A stretch of DNA of 52,029 nt from Neoconidiobolus thromboides FSU 785 (taxonomy: Eukaryota; Fungi; Entomophthoromycota), in the NCBI GenBank assembly GCA_025603075.1, contig MU626398.1, positions 1 to 52,029 of the forward strand, read 5' to 3'. Below the pieces are notes generated by a model. It made no database searches and was not told where the DNA came from. It worked only from the letters and a program-made list of their open reading frames with translations. Positions within the stretch are counted from its first letter, which is position 1. Every line of letters starts with the position of its first letter. The translations under genes were made by a program, and so were the position numbers. Positions 11,801 through 23,855 of this stretch are shown in pieces.

Positions 11801-12050
11801 CTATACTAAACTTGTTTTTACCTCTGAATACTTGTTTTCCACTATAGCCTTTTTTTTAATGTCTTTTGGCTCAGTGTAAATTTTATTTGCTTCTCCCAAC
11901 GATTTCATTTTTGGTTATGATTTTTGACTCCTGACAATATTTTGGATTAAGCCTTTTAAAAACCATTACCAACCCCTCTTTCTGTAATTCTTCTAATCTT
12001 TTCTTTAAATTGTTTAAATAAAAATCTTCTCTAAATCTAGGCCTTTTGAA
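11801..12050 (-). pseudogene. Frameshifted relic resembling the EN-RT linker of a non-LTR retrotransposon ORF2
   Basis: Two frames joined by a +1 shift in an A5 run near 11910: FKRPRFREDFYLNNLKKRLEELQKEGLVMVFKRLNPKYCQESKIITK / MKSLGEANKIYTEPKDIKKKAIVENKYSEV*. Similarity judged by eye only. Confidence 0.4.
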
Positions 12051-12707
12051 TTACCTTTATCTTCATGTTGAAAATTACTATTATTATAATATTTACAGAC
12101 ATCTTGTTTATAGAGGTATTTAATACAAAGACTTGGTTTAAAATAATAATTATTGAATTAATGGTTTACTGCCAATAATACTAGCTGTATACTTTTCTTT
12201 TAAGAAATATTATCATTATGCTTCTTTTTTTTCTTCATAATATTTAATAAAAAAAATTAAACTAGCATTATCATAGAGTTAACAGGCAAACTGAAAATAT
12301 CTTTAGTTATATACTATATTTCTTAGTTGACAAGTTATGGTCCTATTAATATTTAATCGTCTTCATTTAGTTGTCATAGTCATAATATAGCTATTGTTTT
12401 ATTTATAATTTAAAGATAAAACTTAAATAAATGCACTATTTTTGTTTTTTATTTTTAAATTACAAATAAAACAATAATACTTTTACATAGTTGAATTTAT
12501 ATTTTATTGAAATTATTAATATTACTAATAGTGATTTGTTCAATCATTAAACCTCTTTGAACTTACAAACATTCTTTTTTTTTTGGAAAATTATTTCATC
12601 CCAGGCCAACCAATCATTTCTCTCTGGAATGCCCGCAGTAATTTTTAAAAAAACCATACATATAAAAGATTAATTTGCTAATTGTTTTCTATTCAAAGCC
12701 AAAAAAA

Positions 12708-14224
12708 ATGAATAATATTACTACCACTCAATCCCCCCATGGCGCCTTATTTACCTGTCTAACTTGTCAAGTAGCTTTCCATGATGCTGACCGCCAGCGT
12801 AGCCATTACCACAGTGACTGGCATCGATATAATTTAAAACGTAAGGTGGCTGAGTTACCTCCAGTAAGCGCAGATGCGTTTGCAACAAAGGTTTTAGGTA
12901 GGTAAAAAATAGTAGTTTTATTATTTATCCTTTATGACTATGTGAGGATTTTAAACTGATGTACTTATTATAGAAAAAAAGAACCAGCTAGATGAAGAGA
13001 ATGAAGTTAGTGGTTCAATGTACTGCTTAGCTTGCCGGTAATAAACGTTTTATTTAATTAAGAGTAGTTCTAACTTTTTATTTTAGCAAGGACTTTGGAA
13101 CTGAAAATGCTTATAATAACCATATACAGTCCAAGAAACACAAAGAGAACGAGACCAAATTTAGTAAGTAGATATGTAAGGTGTCGGCTATAGATGTTAA
13201 ATATTTGCTTTTAGATCAGAAGCCTATTGAAAGTAAAAAGAAGGAAGCTGAAGATAATGAATCTGAAAATCTTGATAAAGAAAAAGAAGAGGACTTAGAT
13301 GATGAAGAGAAGTTACTTAAGCTTATTGATGATAAAATTAAGCGAGCCGTTAGATTATCTGAGGTAGACTGTATTTTCTGTAACCACAAATCAGAAGATT
13401 TTGAAGGGTAAGTTAATATTTTGTACAAATAGATGACAACTAATAGTTATTTTTACATAATAGCAATATGGAGCACATGTCGATAGCACACAGTTTCTTT
13501 ATTCCAGATATTGAGTATTTGGTGGACCTTAAAGGGCTGATCAAATACTTGGGTGAAAAAGTATCGATTGCCAACGTGTGTTTGTATTGTAATGGTAAAG
13601 GAAGAGAACTTAAAAGTTTGGAAGCAGTCAGAGGCCATATGGTAAGTTATTAATAGTAATAGAATAATAATGTATCAATAACCTTTTGTAGATTTCCAAA
13701 GGACATACAAAAATTGCATATGATTTAGAAATGGATATTTTAGAAATATCGGATTATTATGATTTCTCTAAGTCTTATAATGATGCTGATCAAGTTGATC
13801 CAGATGCCGAATTAAGTGTCAAACCTGTTGCTGGAGGGTATTTTATAATATACTTTATATAGTAAATAAACTAATGAAATTGTTTTATAGTGTTGAATTA
13901 GCTGAGAACGAAATGGAATTGATCTTACCCAACGGAGCTCGAATTGGTCATCGATCAATGGCTCGTTACTATAAACAATACATTCGACCAATTGATGAAC
14001 AAGAGGAAAGAGGCATGAGACGCTTGATTGAGAATGGTACTAAACATACTAATCAACCAATCTATGAAGCCAGAGGGCGTCGATTCCTTATTACCAATGG
14101 AGAAAAGGATAAATTTAATAATAAGCAGATGTTTAAAGATAAAAAATTACATGATCATTATACCACAAGGGTTGGGATCAATGCTAACAAACTTCAACGT
14201 CATTTCAGAGAACAAATATTATAG
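12708..14224 (+). CDS. REI1: C2H2 zinc-finger pre-60S maturation factor REI1/ZNF622 (multi-exon)
   Basis: FTCLTCQVAF...RSHYHSDWHRYNLKRKVAELPPV, CIFC, HMSIAHSFFIPDIEYLVDLKGLIKYLGEK, CLYC, HMISKGH, ELILPNGARIGHRSMARYYKQ; GT-AG introns between the ORF pieces. Confidence 0.93.
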
Positions 14225-14310
14225 AGGATTCACTTTTTGCTTATTAAAATTTATATTATATGATCATGTTTTACATTTTTTATTATTATGTTATTAAGTA
14301 GTTGTTGCTA

Positions 14311-14447
14311 AAAGGGTATTAAACATAGTAATCAACAGAACTATAGGCCTACAGGACACTTCAAATTCTCATTACCAATGGAGAAAAAGATAGATCTGGT
14401 ATAATAGATTTTTTAGACTAAGAAATTATATAAGTACTATCCGCAGG
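14311..14447 (+). pseudogene. Decayed tandem duplicate of the REI1 last-exon segment
   Basis: ggtattaaacatagtaatcaac...attaccaatggagaaaaagataga...aagaaatta aligns with REI1 ~14036-14170 (ggtactaaacatactaatcaac...attaccaatggagaaaaggataaa...aaaaaatta); frameshifted. Confidence 0.7.
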
Positions 14448-14617
14448 ATTATAATTATTGTTGTAAAACTTTGATATCATTTCAAAGGTCTGGTACTATA
14501 TGGGCTTAGTTTATAAGTTTACACTTAAATAGATATAGTAATTATATTTAATTATAAAATGCTTATTATGAAACAGTTATTGATAAAAAAATAAACTAGA
14601 ATATATCAATAAGGATT

Positions 14618-16053
14618 TTAATCTTTAATAGAACACCAATCAATTTCCTGTCTGTTATGTTTTTTAAGGTATTCATTTGCCAGTTGAAAATGATTGCAGC
14701 TGAAAAAACCTCGACTAGCTGATAATGGGGAAGGATGGACACCATTTAAAATTAAATGTTTATTCTAATAAAATGGTGAAATAAAATAAATATATTGAGT
14801 TGTATTATGTTAATAAACTTAATCTTTACCTTATCTACTACCTTACCCTTCTTTTGAGCATAAGAGCCCCACAAGATAAATACTAAATTGCGATTGTTTT
14901 TATTCAAATAATTGATAATTGCATCTATTTATAAATTAACAACATTATAACCATAAAAATTTTCATCTTACCTGTAAACATCTCCCATCCCTTGCCAGCA
15001 TGAGAATTAGCATTATGAGCTTGCACCGTTAAAGCAGCATTCAATAATAATACTCCTTGATTTGCCCACGCCTCTAAATAACTGGAAAGGGAAATTGATT
15101 AATAATGCAATATTATATAGTCAACTCACCCATGTTTAGGAATAACAAAATTGGGATACTCATTCTTTATCTCTTTATAAATGTTTTTTAAGGAGGGTGG
15201 GATAATAATGCCTTTATTGACACTGAAACATAAACCTGATATTATATTAGTAAATTAAATGTAACTTTATTCTATCTTTTATTACCATGCGCTTGATTGT
15301 CATTATGATAAGGATCTGATTTGTAAAAGAACATTAATGGCTCATCTTCTTATTAATAGTATGATATTTTTGCTTACCTTGCCCAATAATTACCACTTTC
15401 ACTTGCTCTAATGGTGTAAATCGGCTCCATGAATATATTTGGGCTTCTATGTTATAATATGTTAATAATTTATGATATATTTATTAATAAACAATTTACC
15501 TGGTGGAAACACCTTTTTACCATTCTTTTTTTCATCTAATAGGAATTGCTTTAACTGATAATATTAATTTTCAAGTGTTTACTCTTATTGATATCATTAC
15601 TTTTAAAAAATAAGGCTTTTGAATCTCTTTGATTAGCACTTTGAGCCAGCTTGGTTCCATTGTTGTTAACTCTAGCTGTAACAAATCTTTAACTTCATCA
15701 GAGAGTTGAGCTAAAAAAATTAGGATTTTCTAAGTTGACACTATTTCTTATTACTTTCTAACACTTTGTCTTCTTCTTTTGTATTAATTAGTTGTTCTAC
15801 AAGACTGATATTAAAATTGGTTTTTTTATGATATATTTTTTTATTTTATTTACCCCCATTTCCTTCTTTAGTATCGCTTTTACCACCCTTTACACCAATT
15901 TCGTTTTCTTTATCTTCACTCTTACTTTCATTCACTTTGTCATCTATTCGATTAATGTTAACACTTAACTTATAATACAATCGGTCCATTACTCTTTTTT
16001 ATCTTAGGTATCCGAGTAAAAAACGACTCGATAGGTGGTTGACGTTTTTCCAT
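14618..16053 (-). CDS. UNG1: Uracil-DNA glycosylase, family 1 (11 short exons, absent from the ORF track)
   Basis: Spliced translation: [12 protein letters not shown]...MEPSWLKVL...[44 protein letters not shown]...[10 protein letters not shown]...[15 protein letters not shown]...[12 protein letters not shown]...[12 protein letters not shown]...[19 protein letters not shown]...IDW. Catalytic GQDPY and HPSPLS motifs are intact. Confidence 0.95.
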
Positions 16054-16516
16054 TATTTTTTTATTTATTTATTATAATAAAAACAAGAAAAAAAAATGAA
16101 CTTTGAATTTTTCAATTTAACTTGTAATTAATTTTCATTGGTAAATTAAATTTGAAGTTTGTTAAATGAAATGATTTAAGACAATAATAATACATTTAAT
16201 AAACATACATATATATTATCACCAAGCGTTAGTATTTTACTATGCAATGAAAAAGTAGCACTATATTATAGTAGAGATGAAAATAATATAGGTCTTTATC
16301 CAATTTAAGTATTTTAAAATTAAAATTAAAATAATTTTAAATTAAAATGAAACTACTATTAAGGAATAAACAAATAAAGAGATATAATTTATCAACACTT
16401 TTATTGATATTACAAGAACACATTTATTTATTTGCATCTTTATTCTGTTAATAACACATATTAATATTATATGCATTCAATATTCATTAATTAAATTATA
16501 AAATATTTAAGGATAT

Positions 16517-16554
16517 GGAGATGTTTTTTTTGGTTTCATTTATTTGTTCATTTT
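16517..16554 (-). mobile_element. MITE-like element, half copy
   Basis: ATAT|GGAGATGTTTTTTTTTGGTTTCATTTATTTGTTCATTTT matches one end of the family, then diverges. Confidence 0.55.
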
Positions 16555-17130
16555 ATGTACCAAAAATGTTAAACAATTTGTAAACTAAATTTATTAAGTG
16601 AATATATTCAACTATTGAATAAAAATTTAAAAAAACGTTTATGATCTATTTCAGTATATTTAATCAGATATTAAAAGCATTATAAAGGTAGCATTGAAGT
16701 TGCTCAAATAATCCAAACGTAATACGGAACTTTACAAAATGTTATATTAATTTATTTCTACTATACATAAAGCCATTTGATTATTAATGTACTTTAAATA
16801 AGCAAAGTCTATTAATGTTCCTACAAAATAAATCGACATTTTATTACAAAATCCTTTATATCTTTACCCAATATTAAGCTTGTCTATTTTGACTTTTTTG
16901 ATGCCATAACTCAATATTGTTTTACTTGTCTATTAAATAATGTTTTCCTTATTTTTTGTGTTGAATAAAAAAAACTACCTAATAAAAAAGAAGTGAATTT
17001 AGTTACAATACATCCATTATGACTCCTTAAAATCCATATGAAAACGTTAATAAAAGGCCTATTAAAGCTTTTATTTTATAAATAACCTCAATATATTTTA
17101 GTTTTATTGAAAAAGTTAAAACTAATCTCC

Positions 17131-17506
17131 TTAATCGAAGAGACCGAAGCCCATATCCTAAAAAAAATTAGTATAAATCAAGACTAAGAAAATACAAACT
17201 TACACCATCAGATTCTTCTTCTTCTTCAACCTTTTCTTCGGCCTTTGGAGCAGCGGCAGCACCACCAGCGGCAGCACCAGAGGAAGCAGCACCAGCAGCT
17301 GGGGCTGAACCAACGGAAGCAAGTTTTGGAAGACCTTCAGCAATGAGAGCATTGACATCTTTACCTTCTAATTGGGTAAGAAGGGCAGTGAGACGTTCTT
17401 CTTCAGCATCGATACCGACGGAAGAGAGGACAGTCTTGATGTCAGCAGCAGTTGGGGCAGTGTTACCACCGAGTTGGAGAAGAAGGTAAGCAGCAATATA
17501 ACGCAT
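17131..17506 (-). CDS. RPP2: 60S acidic ribosomal protein P2
   Basis: [15 protein letters not shown]...; exons 17506-17204 and 17157-17131 give the canonical C-terminus [14 protein letters not shown]. Confidence 0.97.
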
Positions 17507-18460
17507 TTTTACTATAATTGGAAGTTAGTCTTTGGTCAATGGTAAGAATCGAATCTTTTTAAAAAGTTGTTATGCATCTGTTGTAAAGATTAAGGGTAGC
17601 ATCCATCCCAATATCTGTTAGTTGTTGTTATGTTATGTTGAAAGTTGTCATAAGTTGCCATGTTGCTTTAGTATTTATTGTATAAACCTACCTTATTGAA
17701 AAAGAAAGGGATACTAAAAAAATTGGATCAAATAAATACTTACATGTTAGTGGTCGAATAAAACGTTTTCTCGTAAAGTAATTTAACTCTTGTAGAGGAC
17801 AATACGCTCAAAACGCGATTACTTAAGTAAGAAGGTTTTTTATACTCGCTTTTTGCTATTATTTCTATCGATTTCGGTGCGTAGTCCGAAATTATTACTT
17901 CGGCTCCATTTATTGGCCCAATTTTTTTTAACTCGTTTTTATTTTTAAATTTTGATATTTGAAATTAGTACAGATAAACTTTGAAAGTTATTATTTTAAA
18001 ACGTTAATAGCATAAAATGAAATTTTAATATTAAATTTATGATAAAATAACTCAACAACGTATTATCATATAACTATATAAGTTTGATAATAACCTTTAT
18101 TTAGCTCTATTTTTTGAAAAATTACTTAAAATTGTAACAATCTCTAAACAATTGCAAAAGTTTATTTTTAAATTATACAATTGAATTAAATTATTAGTTA
18201 TAGATAGGCATACTTTATAAATGTTTAATCCACTTAGACTAATTTGTTTATTTGAATCATTATACTTCTCAAATTAACATAAATTATGATAGTAAGTACT
18301 TTAAATTCATTTTTATTCCTTTAAAATTCTAACATTTATAAAATCAATAGTAATCAACATAAAAATTTATATCATAAAATAATCGTTAATTTTTATGTTA
18401 AAATTGAATTAATTTTGAGTTTCTACTCAATGAAAGTAATCAGTTTAATTCTAAAACTTA

Positions 18461-20077
18461 TTACATTGTTTGTCTCACTAATTCCATAATCTTATAACCA
18501 TTAGTTAATGGATTATCCATTTCTTTTTTAGTTTTAGTAATAACTAACACATAACGTACACTTTCAATTTGATCCTAATTAAAAAACACAAATCATTTAT
18601 ATTTTAAAATAAAGTTAAAAATGAAATTACCTCTTTACCAAATACAATTTCCTTTGATTTTTTATTACGGAACAACACAACTTCTTGAGTATCAAATGAT
18701 ATTATGATCACTGGAAGATCATCGTTGTCTTCTAATATTTTAATTGAATGTACCTATAAATTCTATAAACACATGTTTTCTAAAAAAGAAACTAAACTTA
18801 CTTCAACCCTTCTAAGGTCTAATATTTTAGCATCTGATACTAATCCTTGCTGAACTTGAGAATCAAAGGTAGCTTTCAAAACATTAAATGACTAAAGAAA
18901 ATTAATAAATAAATAGTGTAATAACAACTAGACTACTTACAGCTTCAGAACACCATTGTTTTAAAGCTAATTGATCTCCATTTGAATAAGCATCTAAAAA
19001 TTCAGGAATGATATATTCTCTACAATCCTTTAAGAAAGATTCAATAGTAAACGTTGGATCAACAGTGAATCGAATGATATTAATTGCTTTAGCTTGTTCA
19101 GATTCAGCAAATAAGCCAGACATCTTTTCAGTGATTGCGTCTTTAATATCTCTAGTATAACTTACAAATGAATTGTCACTTTCATCAAAGTTCTTTTTCA
19201 TTTTAAATAATCCTATTATTGTGAATAAAAGTCGATTTTAGGTATAATAATAAATTTACCTTGTACTAAGCTAGAATCCTCTTTAAACTTACTCCAAGAC
19301 TCTTTCCAAGCAGAATCTTTATGTAAAGTAACATTGCTTCCTGCATTAGGATCCTCTTGAACCAATTTAGCATTGGCTTCTTGCTGCTTAATCCTTTGAT
19401 GTAATTTTTGTCTAATAATTTCTCTACTCTCTTTATCTTTAAAACCTCCATACCTGCTTGCGTCTTCTGAAAAGCTTTCTACTTCTTCTTTTACTGCTTT
19501 ATAAGCCGCTGTCTTTCTTATTGGTTCGGTAGTCTTATTGATTGCGTCTGCTACTTTGGCCATCTATTATACTATTTAATACTGTTATTGTTAAAAGTAG
19601 AAAAGTTACTCTTTCACGGTATGCTTTGACGTATTCACTTTCGTTTAATTCTTTCAATACTTCATCAACGGATTTACCGACCGAATCAGCATATTTTTTA
19701 ACTTCGACTAAAGCCTCTCCTATCTTTTTAGTTGCTGCACTTTCGCTTACATCACTCTAAAATTAATTTGTTTTAAAGGTACTCAAATAAACAAAATTAA
19801 AGTTTACCTTTGCTTTAGAGAAAGCTTCTTTAGCCTTACGTAAAGCTTCTGAGTCGCCGATTTGTTGGGTAGTATCTTGAATTTGCTGTACATTTTTATT
19901 AAGCTCTTTATCCTCCTTTATTTGCTTTTTGACGGAGTTTATAAAAGCACCAACAAAACTTTTATCGTTAATTAAGGCTTGGTGACTTGTGGTAAATTGT
20001 CGTCCAGTTCTTACAATTGCTGTGTTTAATGGCACTCTATTTTTTAATTTAAATCCTTGGCTGACTAGTCTATACAT
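18461..20077 (-). CDS. TIM44: Mitochondrial import inner membrane translocase subunit Tim44 (multi-exon)
   Basis: Presequence-like N-terminus; FINSVKKQIKEDKELNKNVQQI; RYGGFKDKE; LHKDSAWKESWSKFK; DPTFTIESFLKDCREYIIPEFLDAY...LKQWCSEA; last exon DQIESVRYVLVITK...NGYKIMELVRQTM*. Confidence 0.93.
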
Positions 20078-20551
20078 CTTATGCTTTCTATTATTATTAA
20101 AAATTAACTTCTTTTAAAAAGGATTATAGTTTTTCAAAAGAAAACTATCTGATAAATAGCAATTTCTTTGTTAAGCCAATAAAATCGAATCAAATTTATT
20201 AGCTAGGAAAAAGCTTAATTATTATTCGAAAATTTGATTGTTGAAATTTATTAATTTCGATAATTATGCTTCACTCACAAATTAGAGAATATTAATGTTA
20301 GAAATTTATAGTAAATTCTAGATACTTAAAAATAAAAATGTCAAAAGCTCTCAGAGCTATTTTTGAACATGGAGATGAGCTCCAATCTTTCAGTTGAGTA
20401 GCAATATGGTGGTATCTATGATACTCGTCCTAAGTTGTATATTTATAATAAAAGCATTTTATCAATCAAAGTATCAACCATTATGTTATTTTATATGTAA
20501 ATGTCTTGAATGTTTAATATTTTATCCATTTTTTTATACAACTTAAAATAT

Positions 20552-20645
20552 AGGGTTATTTTTTTGATTTCGTTATTTTTCCATTTTTTAGGCGCTATTT
20601 GAGTGGAAATATTAGTAAATTCTTAAACAAAAAAATACGTCTCCC
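20552..20645 (-). mobile_element. MITE-like element, copy 6 (TSD ATAT)
   Basis: ATAT|AGGGTTATTTTTTTGATTTCG...GGCGCTATTTGAGTGGAAA...AATACGTCTCCC|ATAT. Confidence 0.82.
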
Positions 20646-21131
20646 ATATGTCCATGTTTTATATATAAATTTGATGATCTTTCAAACTTAAAGGAATTAA
20701 ACCAAGTAGAATATAGCCACTATTACATTTAGTTATTGTATAATGCAACTCTCAATAAAAAGAGTAACCAGATTATATATACTTTTTTATAGGCCAATTT
20801 GATTAATTAGAGTCTTTTTTAGTATAAGCTCCGTTTTATTGAGATACATTAAATGGATTTACTGATAGTATTAAATTTGATTTTATCAAGTTTCATTCAA
20901 TAGAGTTTTTTTGAAATTGTGATTGCTAGAAGCAATATATAATTGACAATATAAAGTCGGCTATAAATAAGGTTCTAATTTTACAGATTCAAAAAATTAT
21001 ATCGCAATAAAATTGCTTAAGATTAAGCCCAAGCCAGTGAAAATAAAAAATAAATATGCTTGGGTAGAACCAAAAGTAAAGTATTTAATAGCCAAATAAC
21101 ACCTTTTAATATATAAAGATAGACTTCTAAA

Positions 21132-21229
21132 GGGGATATTTTTTTTAGGTTCATCATTTTTTCCATCTTTTAAGTGCTACTTGAGCGGAAAAATTGTTAG
21201 TAAAATTCTTAAACAAAAAATACATTCCC
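21132..21229 (-). mobile_element. MITE-like element, copy 7
   Basis: GGGGATATTTTTTTTAGGTTCATC...GTGCTACTTGAGCGGAAAA...AATACATTCCC|ATAT; the left flank (TAAA) does not match. Confidence 0.82.
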
Positions 21230-21892
21230 ATATAGTGTTTCTGATTTTATTTTTAAATAATTTTAAAGTTTTTTGAACAATTAGCATATTTCTATTCCTT
21301 AATGTTTGTACAGTTTAGCTACTACTCATGTCAAATTTTAAAATATTTTAGTTTAGATTACAGTTTTTGTAAAATTTATTAAATTATGTTATTTTTATAT
21401 AATTTTCAAATAGCAACATTTTTACTTTTTTATCTTTTTAAAATTGAATTTAAAATATATAATGAACTTAATTTATGAAAAAATTCAAAATTTTACCCTA
21501 AACTTTAACTCGTAATAAATCATTAAGTAAAGTAACTTCCGAAAACAACAAACTAGATAAGAAACCCCTATCTATCTAATATTACTTTTATGACTATAAA
21601 AGAAATAATTTATATTTCGTTTTTAGAGTACTTGGTTACAAATGACCTTGAAACTCTATTATCCAAACCTGTTCCTTAATTTCTGGAATCAACTTTACAA
21701 CTTCAAATAAATTTCTCCATTTTCTATAACGATTATCCGAATCCACCAATAAACTTTCGCAATAACTAAGCTAAACTTGAATGCTTATTAATCCCAACAA
21801 TAAAAAGAACTAATAAAAATAATATGCAATTTGAACTTAAATTTTGTCCGATAATAATCAACAGCTAATACAATCAATAATCAACCGACGCT

Positions 21893-22817
21893 ATGGCCTT
21901 ACAGAGCATGTACCCATTCTATGGGATTTTATATTTTCTCACCCATCCCCAATTATGGCGAGAAGTATTTTGTGGTATGTTACTTACCTTGGCAGTCAAC
22001 ATAGGGGCTTTAGTAGGCTTCTCTTTTGTTATCAAGCCCACTGTGGATGCATTATTTCATGCTGGATGTGCATTATGGGTATCCTATTTAATTGCTATAC
22101 CATTGTATTTTATAGAAGTAGCTATTGTAGCTTTATTATTTGTAGCTATTTTTTTACCCATCTTGATAGAAAATATCTTTTTAAAAACAATTGAGCTAAA
22201 AGGTTACAAAGAAAGCTTGATGGATAATTATGCTCCTAATATGGATTATCAAACCTTTTTAGCGGGTATATTTTATGGTTTGGTACAAGTAAGTGTGGCA
22301 TTGCTTTGTTTACCGTTAAATGTAATTCCTATTATTGGTAAGTAATTTACTTATTTCTATTTTTATATCAATTAACTCTCTTCTAGGTACTGTTATGTAC
22401 TGTTATTGTACAGGAATCATTCTAGCCTGGGGATATCGAATTCCAGAGATGCTATATTATCGAGGTATGACATTTTGGGAAGGTAAAGAATATGTGATGA
22501 ATCATTTGAACCAATTTGGTTCTTTTGGTATGGTAGCTACTTTTCTGGAATTAATTCCCTTATTTAATTGGTTTTTCATCTTTACTAATTCTGTGGGAGC
22601 GGCTCTATGGGCTGTGGATGAATATTTAAAAGATTCGAAGAATGGAACGTATTATAGTTATAGGAAAGATAGGCTCACGACAGGAGATAGTAACATGAAT
22701 AATGTAGGGAATGGAAGTAATATAACGGGTTATAATAGTAATGGAAATGAGGGTGGGAATGGTAACGAAGTTGTAAATAATAACAGTAGAAAACAAGCGA
22801 ATGTTAGTATGGTTTAA
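21893..22817 (+). CDS. EI24/CysZ-like multi-pass membrane protein (2 exons)
   Basis: Exons 21893-22337 and 22387-22817. YPFYGILYFLTHPQLW, LCLPLNVIPIIGT, FGSFGMVATFLELIPLFNWFFIFTNSVGAALWA are typical of fungal EI24-domain (Lds/Rrt8-like) proteins. Confidence 0.8.
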
Positions 22818-22869
22818 AATTTAGATTTTTATTAAATAAAAGACATCCATGTTTTATGTAAATTCCATT

Positions 22870-23591
22870 TTATTTGCTTTTCTCTGAGATGTAAGTATCT
22901 AATAGAGTATGGATGTATGTTAATAAAGACTAATTGGAATAATAATAATAATAATTAGTAATAAAATAAAATTAGTAGAATCCAGACTTACATCTAAATC
23001 ATTAGGTAAATAATCCGATTGTAATTTAATAAGATCAATATCTAACTCTTCAGGTAATGTATGATGTAATATTTTTGATAAGGAAAAGTCAAAGAATAAA
23101 TAATAAATATTGGAAAAACAATAATTATTAAATGTATCTATTCGATAACCTAATAATTTTAAATCTTGTAATAAAAAAAAAGAGCGTCCACTTAATCGAT
23201 AGCTGGTAAGTTTGGGCTCATATTGTTTTAATTGTGTTTGATGTTCTTTTAATTGTTGGATCTATTAAATGAGTTAGTATCAAGGTTGAGAAATAATAAA
23301 ATTAGATTAATTACTCTTCTTAAATCAATTTGATTTGGTTTCATTAGATGCTGGCTAATTTTTTTAATTTTAATCATTATAATGTATATTAGTAATTATC
23401 AACTATCTTACTTTTCAATATGACTAACTTCTTCATCAATTAAATGAGTTAATACTTTTTTTTTATGTTGAATTAATTGTACTATATTAAACAATAAAAC
23501 AAATATCAATATCAATATTATAATAAAAATCAATATAATAATTACATTCTTCTTTTAATGCCTCAATTTCTTTTATTAATTGTGGATCCAT
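22870..23591 (-). CDS. MCM21: CENP-O/Mcm21-like kinetochore protein, ~161 aa (5 exons)
   Basis: Exons 23591-23546, 23481-23412, 23354-23315, 23261-22992, 22929-22870 are all in phase. N-terminal coiled coil, then YRLSGRSFF...LGYRIDTF...YYLFFD...ILHHTLPEELDI...YLPNDL, resembling the CENP-O first RWD domain. Family call by motif recognition. Confidence 0.62.
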
Positions 23592-23855
23592 TTCTTTTAT
23601 CTTTTTAAAATAAAATAAATCAAAATCAAATAAACTTTTATTTTTGATTTTTGATTTTGGCTTCTTTATTCTTAGAATTTTATTCATGTTAAAAGTTCAA
23701 CTATTTGAAATTATTCATTTTATTAAGAACAATTAATAGTTTCCATTGTTTATTTATTTCTATTTATATTACGTTAGCAATTACTATATAGCTCATATTT
23801 ATTTTACAATATATAAACTTAACTCACCCAACTAATCCAATTATTTCATCTATTA

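Noticed and set aside
20338-20500. Short frames MSKALRAIFEHGDELQSFS* and QYGGIYDTRPKLY upstream of TIM44
   Set aside because: Look protein-like but are under 35 codons, out of frame with each other and match no family I recognise.
21844-22194. Overlapping plus-strand 116-aa ORF
   Set aside because: Alternative frame of the EI24-like exon 1, with a non-ATG start.
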